Assembly (NCBI GenBank): GCA_026392275.1
Contig: JAPLCM010000149.1
Location: forward strand, 1-53,462
From: Actinomycetota bacterium
Lineage (GTDB): Bacteria > Actinomycetota > Thermoleophilia > UBA2241
Reading direction: 5' to 3'
Length of the DNA: 53,462 bases
In this document: piece after piece, positions 9,746 to 20,190 of the stretch
Numbering within the stretch: the first letter of the stretch is position 1
Layout of the letters: each line of letters opens with the position of its first letter
Program-made: the position numbers and the translations under genes
Notes under the pieces: generated by a model
The model's database searches: none
What the model saw: only the letters and a program-made list of their open reading frames with translations
Told to the model about the DNA's origin: nothing

Positions 9746-10486
9746 ATGAGTACAGGGAAGCAAGCCGCCGCGGAGTTCTTCGGCACGTTCTGGCTGGTGT
9801 TCGGCGGCACCGGGGCCGCCGTGCTGGCCGCCTCCGTGGGCGCCAGCGGCATCGGCTGGCTCGGCGTCTCGCTGGCCTTCGGCCTCACCGTTGTGACCAT
9901 GGCGTATGCGGTGGGCCATATCTCCGGCGGCCACTTCAACCCTGCAGTGAGCATCGGCTTGTGGGTCGGCGGCCGCTTCCCGGCGGGCAAGCTCGCCGTC
10001 TACATCATCGCTCAGGTCCTCGGCGCCATCGCCGCGTCGGCCGTGCTCTACGTGATCGCCAGCGGCAAGGCCGGCTTCACTCTCGCCGACGGCTTCGCCG
10101 CCAACGGCTACGGCGACCATTCCCCGGCGGGGTACACGATGCTGGCCGCGATCGTCATCGAGCTGCTCCTCACCTTCTTCTTCCTGCTCGTGATCCACGG
10201 CGTCACCGACAGGCGCGCGCCGGTCGGTCTGGCGCCGCTGGCCATCGGCCTCACCCTGACGCTCATCCACCTCATCAGTATCCCGGTGGACAACACCTCG
10301 GTGAACCCCGCGCGTAGCCTGGCGCCCGCCCTGTTCGTAGGCGGCTGGGCGCTCAGCCAGCTGTGGCTGTTCATCGTGTTCCCGATCGTGGGCGCGGTGA
10401 TCGCCGGTCTCGTGTACCGGTACGTGCTCGAGGTTCCGCAGTCCGCCCGCGACAAGATCGAAGGTCCGGGCGAGGATACGGAGTAG
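9746..10486 (+). CDS. aqpZ: Aquaporin Z
   Basis: [41 protein letters not shown] (two NPA motifs). Confidence 0.95.
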   Translation: MSTGKQAAAEFFGTFWLVFGGTGAAVLAASVGASGIGWLGVSLAFGLTVVTMAYAVGHISGGHFNPAVSIGLWVGGRFPAGKLAVYIIAQVLGAIAASAVLYVIASGKAGFTLADGFAANGYGDHSPAGYTMLAAIVIELLLTFFFLLVIHGVTDRRAPVGLAPLAIGLTLTLIHLISIPVDNTSVNPARSLAPALFVGGWALSQLWLFIVFPIVGAVIAGLVYRYVLEVPQSARDKIEGPGEDTE

Positions 10487-10491
10487 GCGCT

Positions 10492-10537
10492 GGGACTCGC
10501 GGCGGGCGGGAGGCTACACCCGCCGGCCGCGAGTCCC
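10492..10537 (+). terminator. Long GC hairpin after aqpZ
   Basis: GGGACTCGCGGCGGGCGGG ... CCCGCCGGCCGCGAGTCCC inverted repeat. Confidence 0.55.
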
Positions 10538-10613
10538 CGTGGCCGTACGCCCTTCTGCTATGCTCGGCCGGGCTCGGGAGTGAGATTCTGAGCACGGCCT
10601 GAGAGGAGGCACC

Positions 10614-10961
10614 ATGTCGGTGCTGATCGTCGTCAACACCCCTCCGTACGGCAGCGAGGGGCCGTTCAACGCCTTTCGTCTCGCCGAGGCGCTGGCCCTG
10701 CGCGACGAACACGTCGAGGTCTTTCTCATGGGTGACGCCGTGCACGCGGCGCGCGCCGGGCAGGACCCCCGCGGCGCCCACGCCTCGCTTGAACACATGC
10801 TGCTCGGCCTCCTCGACAGGGCCGTGGACGTGTCGTGCTGCGGAACCTGCTGCACAGCCCGCGGCCTTTCGGAGGACGATGTCGTCCCGGCTGTTCGTAT
10901 GGCGACCATCCACGACCTTGCCGCTGCGACGGCTCGCAGCGACAAGGTCGTCTCCTTCTGA
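10614..10961 (+). CDS. DsrE/YchN family sulfur-relay-like protein
   Basis: PPYGSE..NAFRLA, VFLMGDAV, CGTC..RGL; GAGGAGG RBS. Confidence 0.88.
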   Translation: MSVLIVVNTPPYGSEGPFNAFRLAEALALRDEHVEVFLMGDAVHAARAGQDPRGAHASLEHMLLGLLDRAVDVSCCGTCCTARGLSEDDVVPAVRMATIHDLAAATARSDKVVSF

Positions 10962-10970
10962 CGGGTCGCT

Positions 10971-12413
10971 GTGGCGAGGGCCAACGCGGCCGGCTTCCGT
11001 CTCGAGAGGCGCCTGGCGAACTTCGTTGATCGGGAGGTCGTTCTTCGCTGCGACGAGCACGCGCTCCTTCTGCTGTCCGGGGGCGCCGACTCGATGGCTC
11101 TGCTCGCCCTCTTGCCGAATGTCGACACGCGCCTCGGCCTTCGACTTCGCCTCTCAGCTCTTCATGTCGACTATGGCGCCCGCGGCGCCGCTTCGGATCG
11201 CGACTGCGAGATCGTGGTGCGCGCCTGCGAGGCGGCTGGGGTACCTCTCCATGTCGTGAGCCTGCGGCCACGGCTCAGCGGCGCCGGCTTCCAGGCCCGC
11301 GCCCGCGCGTTCCGCTACGAGCGCGCAGCCGAGCTCGCCGCCGCCCTCGGCTGCCACGTCGTCGCCACCGGCCACAACCGCGACGATCAGGCCGAGACAA
11401 TCCTGTATCGCCTGGCTAAGTACGCGACGCCGCGCGGCCTCGCCGGCATGCGCCCGCGCGAGGCGCGGCTCGTGCGACCCCTCCTCTGCCTCGGCGCGGC
11501 TGAGATCCGCGAGTACTGCCACGCCTGCGGCGTCGAGTACGGGGAGGACGTCACCAACGCCCAGCCCGTCTACGCGCGCAACGCGCTCCGACTCGAGGTG
11601 CTCCCCGCGCTGGCGCGCCTGAACCCGCGGGTCGCTGAGACCCTTGCGGACACCGCGGCGATGGCCGCGGCGGAGGCCGACGTGCTGGCCGCGGCGACGG
11701 CCGCGGCGGCCGCGCGCTCGGCCGGGTCGCTCGCGCCCCAGGATCTGGCCGCTCTCGACATCGCAGCGCTGCGTGCGGAGGCGCCCGCGCTGCGTGCCCT
11801 GGTGCTTCACGAGGCGGCGCGGAAGGCGCTGGGCGGCGAGGCTCTCGTGGAGCGGCGCGTGGTGGAGGCGCTGCTCGCGCTGTGCGCGCGGCGCGACGAC
11901 TCCGGCCGCAGCAGCATCGGGCGCGGCCTCGAGGCGGTGCGCGCCGGCGGCGTGCTTCACTTCCGCCGGCGCGAGGCGCCGCACGACTGCGTACCGGCGA
12001 GCGTCGACGGCGCGGCGCTGGCGGCCGCCGAAGGCGGGGGCGTTGCCCTCGCCATCTGTGGCCGCCGCTTCCGCGCGCGCCTGCTCGAAGGTTCGGCGCT
12101 CGAGCGCGACCCGGCGAGAGCCTGCGTCGGCTTGGCCGCGCCGCCGCGCCGCGTGACGCTGCGTCACCTGCGGCGCGGCGAGCGTTTCGCCCCGCTCGGC
12201 CTTGGCCACGAGACGACGGTAGCGCGCTTTCTGGCCGGCGCGCGAGCGCCGGCCTCCGAGCGCGCCCGGGCCCTCGTGCTCACCATCGACGACGCCGTGG
12301 CGTGGGTGGGGTACACGGACGCCGGCGCGACCACGCGCGGCAGGGTTGCGCAGGGCTTTCGCGTGCGTGAGAGTAGCCGCTGTACGCTGCTCGTCGTCGA
12401 GGAGGACACGTGA
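10971..12413 (+). CDS. tilS: tRNA(Ile)-lysidine synthetase
   Basis: SGGADS PP-loop, GHNRDDQAET, RPLL; adjacent to hpt-ftsH. Confidence 0.93.
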   Translation: MARANAAGFRLERRLANFVDREVVLRCDEHALLLLSGGADSMALLALLPNVDTRLGLRLRLSALHVDYGARGAASDRDCEIVVRACEAAGVPLHVVSLRPRLSGAGFQARARAFRYERAAELAAALGCHVVATGHNRDDQAETILYRLAKYATPRGLAGMRPREARLVRPLLCLGAAEIREYCHACGVEYGEDVTNAQPVYARNALRLEVLPALARLNPRVAETLADTAAMAAAEADVLAAATAAAAARSAGSLAPQDLAALDIAALRAEAPALRALVLHEAARKALGGEALVERRVVEALLALCARRDDSGRSSIGRGLEAVRAGGVLHFRRREAPHDCVPASVDGAALAAAEGGGVALAICGRRFRARLLEGSALERDPARACVGLAAPPRRVTLRHLRRGERFAPLGLGHETTVARFLAGARAPASERARALVLTIDDAVAWVGYTDAGATTRGRVAQGFRVRESSRCTLLVVEEDT

Positions 12414-12976
12414 AAGCCCCTATCGCAGAGGTGCTGGTCGGCCGCGAGGAACTGGCCGCCAAGGTCGAGGATCTTGCCGCCCAGATCTCGCGCGACTACG
12501 AGGGCAGGGAGATCCTCCTCGTCGGCGTGCTCAAGGGGGCGGTGTTCTTCATGGCCGACCTCGCGCGTCGCATCGACGTGCCGGTAGCTCTCGATTTCAT
12601 GGCTGTGTCGAGCTACGGTTCGTCCACCGATTCTTCCGGTGTGGTGCGCATCCTCAAGGACCTGGACCTCGAGATCGTCGGTCGCCACGTGCTCATCGTC
12701 GAAGACATCATCGACTCCGGGCTCACGCTCAGTTACCTTCTCAAGAACCTGCGCAGCCGCAAGCCAGCCTCGCTCGAGATCTGCGCCCTGCTCACCAAGC
12801 CCTCGCGGCGGCGCACGGAGATCCCCTGCAAGTACGTGGGCTTCGAGATCGAGGATAAGTTCGTCGTCGGCTACGGCCTCGATCTGGCCGACCACTTCCG
12901 CACGCTCGACTTCATTGGCGTCCTCACCCCCGAGGCCGCCGCCGCGATCGTCGACCACGAGGGTTCTTTGCTGTAG
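12410..12976 (+). CDS. hpt: Hypoxanthine phosphoribosyltransferase
   Basis: GVLKGA, VLIVEDIIDSGLTL, FVVGYGLD. Confidence 0.97.
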   Translation: MKAPIAEVLVGREELAAKVEDLAAQISRDYEGREILLVGVLKGAVFFMADLARRIDVPVALDFMAVSSYGSSTDSSGVVRILKDLDLEIVGRHVLIVEDIIDSGLTLSYLLKNLRSRKPASLEICALLTKPSRRRTEIPCKYVGFEIEDKFVVGYGLDLADHFRTLDFIGVLTPEAAAAIVDHEGSLL

Positions 12977-13070
12977 CCAGACGGGTATGCTACTCTGGCA
13001 GGAAGGGCCTTTGCAGGCTCAAAGACCCTGCCTACCTGTGGTCCGGGAGCATCCGTCCAGAAGGGTCCAC

Positions 13071-15257
13071 GTGAGCAGATTCATCCGCAGCGCCCTGTTC
13101 CCCATCCTCATCGTGATCGTCGTCGCGATGTTCATCGAGTGGGTCATCCAGGGCAAGAGCAGCAACGAAGCCCCCAAAGCGATCTACTCGGCCCCCGGCA
13201 TGGCCACCGAGCAGGTCCTCACGAACGACCTGCAGGCCGGCGTCGTCAAGAGCGTCGTCCTCGACCCGCAGAGCAAGCTCGCGCAGGTGACCCAGCTCGG
13301 CGGCGTGTTCTACGTCACGCCGATCGCCGACCCCGCCGCGCTCGAGGAGTTGCTCAAGACCAGCGCACCTCGGGTGACCGTCAGCCAGGACACCGTGGCC
13401 AAGCCGCCCGCAGTGCCGAGCTTCACCAACGACGTCATCAACGGCCGCGTCCAGACGGTCGTCATGAACACCAAGGACCAGACACTGCAGGTCACCCTCA
13501 AGGCTCCCGAGGGCGGCAAGGAAACCCAGTACTCGGTCGGCACCACCGACCCCGCCATCACCACGGAGTTGCTCAACCAGTACCAGGTCCCCTACGACGC
13601 CAAGAGCCCCAACTCGCCCTGGTGGACGGGGGCGCTCACGTTCATCCTGCCGTTCCTCCTCATCATCGGCTTCTGGATCTTCATCATGAACCGCATGCAG
13701 GGCGGCGGGTCCAAGGTCATGAGCTTCGGCAAGAGCCGCGCCAAGCGCGTCAGCGCCGATTCCCCCAAGGTCACGTTCAAGGACGTGGCCGGCGCCGACG
13801 AGGCCGTCGAGGAACTTCACGAGATCAAGGAGTTCCTCGAGAACCCCAAGAAGTTCCAGCAACTGGGCGCGCGCATCCCTAAGGGCGTGCTGCTGTTCGG
13901 CCCGCCCGGCACCGGCAAGACGCTCCTCGCGAGGGCCGTCGCCGGCGAGGCGGGCGTCCCGTTCTTCAGCATCAGCGGCTCGGACTTTGTGGAGATGTTC
14001 GTCGGTGTCGGAGCCTCGCGAGTGCGCGACTTGTTCGCTCAGGCCAAGGAAAACGCGCCCTGCATCATCTTCGTCGATGAGATCGACGCCGTCGGCCGTC
14101 ACCGCGGCGCCGGCATGGGCGGCGGGCACGACGAGCGCGAGCAGACCCTCAACCAGCTGCTCGTCGAGATGGACGGCTTCGAGAGGAAGGACAACGTCAT
14201 CCTCATCGCCGCCACCAACCGCCCCGACATCCTCGACCCCGCGTTGCTGCGCCCCGGCCGCTTCGACCGCCAGATCGTCGTCGACCGGCCCGACAGGCCC
14301 GGGCGCCGAGCCATCCTCGACGTACACTCGCGCGGCAAGCCCATCGGCAAGGACATCGATCTCGACGCCCTGGCCGCGCAGACATCGGGCTTCACCGGGG
14401 CCGACCTCGCCAACCTCGTCAACGAGGCGGCGTTGCTGTCGGCCCGCTACGGCCGCAAGGTCATCGGGATGCACGAGCTCGAAGAGGGCATCATGCGCGT
14501 CCTCGCCGGCCCGGAGAAGAGGACGCGCATCATCTCCGAGAAGGAGAAGGCCATCACCGCCTATCACGAGATGGGCCACGCGCTCGTCGGGCACTTCCTC
14601 GAGCACACCGACCCGGTGCACAAGATTTCGGTCGTGAGCCGTGGCCAGGCCTTGGGCTACACTATTTCGCTGCCCACCGAAGACAAGTTCCTTACGACCA
14701 AGGGCGAGCTCATGGATACCCTCGCGATGACGCTGGGCGGGCGCGCCGCTGAGGAGGTCGTGTTCGGCGAGATCACCACGGGCGCCGCCAACGACCTCGA
14801 GAAGGCCACCGCCACCGCCAAGCAGATGATCATGCGCTTCGGCATGAGCGAGGAGCTCGGCCCGCGGACCTTGGGCCACGATCAGTCCATGCCCTTCCTG
14901 GGGCGTGAGTTCCAGCAGCAGGCCGACTACTCGGACGAAGTGGCGCGCCAGATCGACGACGAGATCCGCCGCATCATCGAAGAGGCGCATCAGGTCGCCC
15001 AGGATCTTCTCAACGACAAACGCGAGCTCCTCGACGCGATCAGCAAGATCCTCATGGTGCGCGAGACCATCGAGGCCTCCGAGTTTCAGGCGCTGGTCGA
15101 CGGCGTCCCCGAGGATGAGGCCTTCCGCGAGCGCGATGAGAAAGCCGCCCAGCAGCGCGCCAAGGTTGCCCGCGACCGCGAGAAGAAAGAACGCCCGGTG
15201 CAGCCGCCGGTGCCCAAGCCGGCGCACGTCAACCCGGTCAACCCCGAGACGACCTGA
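13071..15257 (+). CDS. ftsH: ATP-dependent zinc metalloprotease FtsH
   Basis: Two TM helices, [23 protein letters not shown] zinc motif; GTG start at 13071. Confidence 0.97.
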   Translation: MSRFIRSALFPILIVIVVAMFIEWVIQGKSSNEAPKAIYSAPGMATEQVLTNDLQAGVVKSVVLDPQSKLAQVTQLGGVFYVTPIADPAALEELLKTSAPRVTVSQDTVAKPPAVPSFTNDVINGRVQTVVMNTKDQTLQVTLKAPEGGKETQYSVGTTDPAITTELLNQYQVPYDAKSPNSPWWTGALTFILPFLLIIGFWIFIMNRMQGGGSKVMSFGKSRAKRVSADSPKVTFKDVAGADEAVEELHEIKEFLENPKKFQQLGARIPKGVLLFGPPGTGKTLLARAVAGEAGVPFFSISGSDFVEMFVGVGASRVRDLFAQAKENAPCIIFVDEIDAVGRHRGAGMGGGHDEREQTLNQLLVEMDGFERKDNVILIAATNRPDILDPALLRPGRFDRQIVVDRPDRPGRRAILDVHSRGKPIGKDIDLDALAAQTSGFTGADLANLVNEAALLSARYGRKVIGMHELEEGIMRVLAGPEKRTRIISEKEKAITAYHEMGHALVGHFLEHTDPVHKISVVSRGQALGYTISLPTEDKFLTTKGELMDTLAMTLGGRAAEEVVFGEITTGAANDLEKATATAKQMIMRFGMSEELGPRTLGHDQSMPFLGREFQQQADYSDEVARQIDDEIRRIIEEAHQVAQDLLNDKRELLDAISKILMVRETIEASEFQALVDGVPEDEAFRERDEKAAQQRAKVARDREKKERPVQPPVPKPAHVNPVNPETT

Positions 15258-15286
15258 CGCCCCCCGGGCGCTCCGGCCAGACACTC

Positions 15287-15856
15287 GTGGATCGCGACAA
15301 GATCGAGCAGGGAGTACGCCTCATCCTCGAGGGCATCGGCGAGGACCCGGCGCGCGCCGGGCTCATCGGAACCCCGCACCGCGTGGCCGACATGTACGCG
15401 GAGATCTTCTCGGGCATCGACGCCCCAGACCCGGCCGAGCTGCTTGTGGCGATGGCCGGCGACCATCACCGCGAGATGGTGATCATCCGCGACATCGACT
15501 TCTACTCGGTCTGCGAGCACCACCTGCTGCCGTTCGCAGGGATGGCCCACGTGGCGTACATCCCCAGCAAAGACGGGCGCATCACCGGCCTGTCCAAGCT
15601 GGCCCGCGTGGTGCGTCAGGTGGCGGCGCGACCGCAGCTGCAGGAGCGCATCACGTCCGAGGTGGCCGACGCCATCGTGCGTGCCCTCGACCCGCTGGGC
15701 GCCCTCGTGCTCATCCAGGCCGAGCATCTTTGCATGTCCATGCGAGGCGTGCGCACCCCGGGGACGCGGACCGTGACGAGCGCCGTGCGCGGCATCATCC
15801 AGTCGCACGACGCCACCCGCGCCGAGGCCTTCTCCCTCATCAACTCGCCGCGCTGA
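15287..15856 (+). CDS. folE: GTP cyclohydrolase I
   Basis: CEHHLLPF, GLSKLAR, PQLQER, HLCMSMRG. Confidence 0.97.
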   Translation: MDRDKIEQGVRLILEGIGEDPARAGLIGTPHRVADMYAEIFSGIDAPDPAELLVAMAGDHHREMVIIRDIDFYSVCEHHLLPFAGMAHVAYIPSKDGRITGLSKLARVVRQVAARPQLQERITSEVADAIVRALDPLGALVLIQAEHLCMSMRGVRTPGTRTVTSAVRGIIQSHDATRAEAFSLINSPR

Positions 15857-15861
15857 GCGCA

Positions 15862-16707
15862 ATGGCACTGCCGGCCCAGCCGACCTTCGCGTTCGAGCTC
15901 TCCTTCCCGTGCATCATGGGCGTGGTCAACGTCACCCCCGATTCGTTTTCCGACGGTGGCCGTTACTTCGGCGCTGACGACGCGCTCGCGCAGGGCCTTG
16001 CCCTCGCGCGCGAGGGCGCAGCGCTTGTCGACATCGGCGGCGAATCCACACGCCCCGGCTCGGATCCCGTGCCCGAGGACGAGGAACTGCGCCGCGTGCT
16101 ACCGGTGGTCGAGGCATTGGCCGGTCGCGTCGGCGTGCCGATCTCGGTCGACACGATGAAAGCCGAGGTGGCGCGCCGGGCGCTGGCCGCGGGCGCCGCG
16201 CTCATCAACGACGTGAGCGCCCTGCGCTTCGACCCCGAGATGGTCTCCGTGATCGCCGAGGCGGGCTGCCCGGTCAGCCTGATGCACATGGGCGGGGAGC
16301 CCAAGAGCATGCAGGACGACCCGCGTTACGACGATGTCGTCGACGAGGTGCTCCGCTTCCTCGAGAAGCGCATGGTCTTCGCGCTCGCGCAGGGGCTGCG
16401 CGAGGACCAGCTCATGGTCGATCCGGGCATCGGCTTCGGCAAGACCGTGGACCATAACCTCGCTCTGCTGCGCGACCTGCAGCGCTTCACCACGCTCGGC
16501 AGGCCGGTGGTGCTCGGTACGTCACGCAAGCGCTTTCTCGGCGCGATCCTCGGCGCCGAGCCTGCGGAGCGCACCATCGGCACCGTAGCCACCACGGTCG
16601 TGGGCCTTCTCGCAGGGGCGCACGTGTTCCGTGTGCACGACGTCAAGCCCAACTTCGAGGCGCTCCGCGTCGGGCTGGCCGTCCTGGAGGGCGCGCCGGC
16701 CGCGTGA
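15862..16707 (+). CDS. folP: Dihydropteroate synthase
   Basis: MGVVNVTPDSFSDGG, DIGGESTRPG, DPGIGFGK, SRKRF, RVHDV. Confidence 0.97.
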   Translation: MALPAQPTFAFELSFPCIMGVVNVTPDSFSDGGRYFGADDALAQGLALAREGAALVDIGGESTRPGSDPVPEDEELRRVLPVVEALAGRVGVPISVDTMKAEVARRALAAGAALINDVSALRFDPEMVSVIAEAGCPVSLMHMGGEPKSMQDDPRYDDVVDEVLRFLEKRMVFALAQGLREDQLMVDPGIGFGKTVDHNLALLRDLQRFTTLGRPVVLGTSRKRFLGAILGAEPAERTIGTVATTVVGLLAGAHVFRVHDVKPNFEALRVGLAVLEGAPAA

Positions 16708-16751
16708 GCGCGCTCCGGCCGCGTGGCCGGCGCGCCTTTGGAGGCCCCATC

Positions 16752-17117
16752 ATGCCCAGCCGTCTGTCCATCTCCGTCGAAGGTATCGAACTGCGCGGCC
16801 GCTGCGGCGTCACCGCCGAAGAGCGCGCCGTGGGGCAGGCTCTCATCGTCGATGTGCATCTGGAGCCGGTCGCCTGCCCCGGCTCCTTGAGCGACGACCT
16901 CGCGGACACCGTCGACTACGGCTGGATCGTCGACGTGGTGCGCGGCATCGTGGAGGGCCACGAGTTCAAGCTGCTCGAGCGCCTCGCTGCGGTCATCGCC
17001 GACGCCATCTGGGACCCCCTCGACCTGGTCTTCATCGAGGTGGCCGTCACCAAGCCCGCCCCGCCGGTCGCTATCCCCATCGCCGCCGCGAGGGTGGAGG
17101 TCGTGCGCACCGCGTGA
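16752..17117 (+). CDS. folB: Dihydroneopterin aldolase
   Basis: GV..EERAVGQ, TVDY, LLERLA, VTKP; lies between folP and folK. Confidence 0.9.
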   Translation: MPSRLSISVEGIELRGRCGVTAEERAVGQALIVDVHLEPVACPGSLSDDLADTVDYGWIVDVVRGIVEGHEFKLLERLAAVIADAIWDPLDLVFIEVAVTKPAPPVAIPIAAARVEVVRTA

Positions 17118-17623
17118 ACGAGGACCATCGCAGTCGCGTGTTCATCTCGCTGGGCTCCAACCTCGCCGACCGCCTGCGATCTCTGGCGGCGGCGCGCGAG
17201 GCGCTCGCCGCCTTGCCGGCCACCGCGGTCGTCGCGACATCGCGCATCTACGAGACTGCCCCACAGGGTCACGAAAGTCAGCCGGAGTTCCTCAATCAGG
17301 TCCTGTGTCTCGAGACCGGCCTGCTGCCGCACGATCTCCTGGCCGAGTGCCAGCGCATCGAGAACGAGCACGGCCGCGAGCGCGGGCTGCGGTTTGGCCC
17401 GCGCTCGCTTGATATCGATATACTCCTGTACCAGGATGTCGAGTCGGAGGAGCCCGAGCTCATGCTCCCACACCCGCGGATGTTGCGCCGTGCGTTCGTG
17501 CTTGCGCCTCTCGCCGAGATCTGGAGTTGTGCACGGGGGATGCCCGATCTTCACGTCACCGCCCTCGCGCAAGCGATGGCTCGCGACCAGGCGATACGGC
17601 CCTACGATGTCTCGGAGGTGTGA
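17114..17623 (+). CDS. folK: 2-amino-4-hydroxy-6-hydroxymethyldihydropteridine pyrophosphokinase
   Basis: LGSNL, FLNQV, GPRSLDIDIL, LPHPR, RAFVL. Confidence 0.95.
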   Translation: MNEDHRSRVFISLGSNLADRLRSLAAAREALAALPATAVVATSRIYETAPQGHESQPEFLNQVLCLETGLLPHDLLAECQRIENEHGRERGLRFGPRSLDIDILLYQDVESEEPELMLPHPRMLRRAFVLAPLAEIWSCARGMPDLHVTALAQAMARDQAIRPYDVSEV

Positions 17624-17708
17624 GCAGTGACCAGCGGCCACGGTGCGACTATGCCCACGAGCGAGCTCGCGCCGACGGCCCGGGCCGGCGGCTGAGAGGC
17701 GCCCGGCC

Positions 17709-19352
17709 GTGTCGCGTCCGTACATCGCCAGCCGCTCCGGCGAGCCTCTGCACCGGCGCACCTTCGACGTCCTCGTGCTGGGCGGCGGTATCGCCGGTCT
17801 CACGGCCGCCATCGCCGCCGCGCGCCGTTGGCGCGTGGGGCTGCTCACCAAGTCGACCTTCGACGACACCACCACCTTCCTTGCGCAGGGAGGCATCGCC
17901 GCCGCGCTGGGCCCGTCCGACTCACCCGAGCTCCACTTCCAGGACACCGTCAACGCCGGCGCCGGTCTCTGCGACGAGGAGGCGGTGCGCGTGCTGGTCA
18001 GCGAGGGCCCCGAGCGCGTGCGCGAGCTCATGGACATCTGCCCGCGTTTTGACAAGGTCGACGGGCAGATCGTGCTCGGCCGCGAGGGGGCGCACTCGGT
18101 GGCTCGCGTGGTGCACGCCGGCGGTGACGCCACTGGCAGCGAGGTGTCGAGCGCCCTCGGCGAGGCGGCTCGTGTGGGCAGCCGCGTGCAACTCTACGAG
18201 AACGAGTTCGCCATCGACCTCCTCACTGTGGAAGGACGCTGCGTCGGGGCGCTCACGCTGAACCTCGATGACGGCGGGCTCACCCTTAACGTGGCCATGG
18301 TCACGGTGCTCGCCACGGGCGGTGCCGGTCAGGTATACGGACGCACCACCAACCCGTCGGTGGCGACCGGCGATGGCATCGCCATGGCGTACCGCGCGGG
18401 CGCCGCCATCCGCGACCTGGAGTTCGTGCAGTTCCACCCGACCGGGCTCGCGGTGCCCGGCCAGGAGACCGTGCAGCTGATCACCGAGGCGCTGCGCGGT
18501 GAAGGCGCGTACCTGCGCAACGCGGCGGGAGAGCGCTTCATGACCTCCTACGACCCGCGCGCCGAGCTCGCCTCGCGCGACGTGGTCGTGCGCGCCATGG
18601 TCGCCGAGATGCGGCTCGAGGGCACTGACCACGTGTATCTCGACGCGACGCACCTCGATGCGGCATGGCTGCAGCAGCGCTTCCCGCGGGTCACCGCAGG
18701 CCTGGCCGAGCACGAGCTCGATCTCGCCACGCAGGTCATCCCCGTGGCGCCGGTCTGCCACTACTTCATCGGCGGCGTCGTCACCGACGTGTGGGGCCGC
18801 ACCACGGTGCCCGGCCTGTACGCCAGTGGCGAGGTGGCCAGCACCGGCGTGCACGGCGCCAACCGGCTGGCCAGCAACTCGCTACTCGAAGGGCTGGTCT
18901 TCAGCGACCGCGTGGTGCGCGACCTCGACCGCTATATCGGCCGTCTCGGCGAGGACGTCCGTCGTCTGCGCTTCGACCTGCCCGAAGCGGCGGACGCCGA
19001 CGACGGCAGCAACGCCGCCGCCGCCCGCCGCCGTCTCACCTCCGTGATGTCGAGCAAGGTCGGCGTGCTGCGCCGCGGCGACGACCTGCGCGCGGCGCTC
19101 GCCGATCTCAACGCCCTCACCTCGGAGCTGCGCTTCGGCGCCCTCGGCGAAGCCGAGTACGAACTGCTCAACCTGCTCACGCTGGGCACGCAGATCGCCA
19201 AGTGCGCGCTGCTCCGCGAGGAGTCGCGCGGCGTGCATCTGCGCGACGATTTCCCGGCGGTGCACGACGAGCTCTGGCGGCGGCACCTCACGCTGCGGCT
19301 GCCGCCTCATCAGCGGGCAGACGGCGCGACCGGCAAGGCCGAGCGCTCGTGA
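17709..19352 (+). CDS. nadB: L-aspartate oxidase
   Basis: GGGIAG, AQGGIAA, REGAHS, QFHPT, EALRGEG, HGANRLASNSLLEG, ESRGVH; start inferred. Confidence 0.93.
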   Translation: MSRPYIASRSGEPLHRRTFDVLVLGGGIAGLTAAIAAARRWRVGLLTKSTFDDTTTFLAQGGIAAALGPSDSPELHFQDTVNAGAGLCDEEAVRVLVSEGPERVRELMDICPRFDKVDGQIVLGREGAHSVARVVHAGGDATGSEVSSALGEAARVGSRVQLYENEFAIDLLTVEGRCVGALTLNLDDGGLTLNVAMVTVLATGGAGQVYGRTTNPSVATGDGIAMAYRAGAAIRDLEFVQFHPTGLAVPGQETVQLITEALRGEGAYLRNAAGERFMTSYDPRAELASRDVVVRAMVAEMRLEGTDHVYLDATHLDAAWLQQRFPRVTAGLAEHELDLATQVIPVAPVCHYFIGGVVTDVWGRTTVPGLYASGEVASTGVHGANRLASNSLLEGLVFSDRVVRDLDRYIGRLGEDVRRLRFDLPEAADADDGSNAAAARRRLTSVMSSKVGVLRRGDDLRAALADLNALTSELRFGALGEAEYELLNLLTLGTQIAKCALLREESRGVHLRDDFPAVHDELWRRHLTLRLPPHQRADGATGKAERS

Positions 19353-20188
19353 GTGCGCGCGGTTACGCGGAGGCGGCCCGCGCCGCCGCGCTCGCCGCGC
19401 TCGCCGAAGACCTCGCCGGCTACGGCGACATCACCGGCTCGGCCTTTCCCGGCGACGGCCTCGCACGGGTCGTCGCCCGCGAGGCCGGCGTGCTCTCCGG
19501 TACCGCCGCGTTCGCGGCCACGGCGGCGCTCGTCGATCCGGCTCTGCTGGTAGAATTCCGCGTCGCCGACGGCGGCCGGTTCGCGGGCGGCGACGTCATC
19601 GCCACCGTGCGCGGCCCGCTGGCCGCGATCTTCGCGGCGGAGCGTACGGGTCTCAACTTCCTCGCTCGCCTCTCGGGCGTCGCCACACTCACGGCGCAGT
19701 ATGTGGCCGAGACGGCCGGCACCACCGCGCGCATCGCGGCGACGCGCAAGACGACGCCGGGCCTGCGCGCCCTCGAGAAGCAGGCCGTGGTGCACGGCGG
19801 CGGCACGCCGCACCGTTTCGGCCTGTTCGACGGCGCCATGATCAAGGACAACCACGTGGCGGCAGCCGGCGGCGTGCGCGCGGCCCTGGCGCTGGTGCGC
19901 TCCGGCGCCGCTCACGTGCACGCCGTGGAGGTCGAGGTCGACACGCTCGACCAGCTCGACGAGGCTCTGGGCGCGGGCGCGAGCATCGTGTTGCTTGACA
20001 ACATGGACACGCCGGCCGTGCGTGCGGCTGTGGCGCGCGTCGCCGGTCGCGCTCTCGTGGAGGTGTCCGGAGGCGTGCGCCTGGATCGTGTTCGCGAGCT
20101 GGCCGAGGCCGGCGTGGACGTGATCTCGGTGGGCGCTCTCACGACGCGCGCGCCGTGGCTCGATCTCGGTCTCGACATGGGCGCCTGA
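19349..20188 (+). CDS. nadC: Quinolinate phosphoribosyltransferase
   Basis: TRKTTPGLR, HRFGL, IKDNH, EVEVD, LLDNM, ISVGALT. Confidence 0.95.
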   Translation: MSARGYAEAARAAALAALAEDLAGYGDITGSAFPGDGLARVVAREAGVLSGTAAFAATAALVDPALLVEFRVADGGRFAGGDVIATVRGPLAAIFAAERTGLNFLARLSGVATLTAQYVAETAGTTARIAATRKTTPGLRALEKQAVVHGGGTPHRFGLFDGAMIKDNHVAAAGGVRAALALVRSGAAHVHAVEVEVDTLDQLDEALGAGASIVLLDNMDTPAVRAAVARVAGRALVEVSGGVRLDRVRELAEAGVDVISVGALTTRAPWLDLGLDMGA

Positions 20189-20190
20189 CG

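Noticed and set aside
14634-14670. TACACT in ftsH as an internal promoter for folE
   Set aside because: No convincing -35 or extended -10, and it lies over 600 nt from folE
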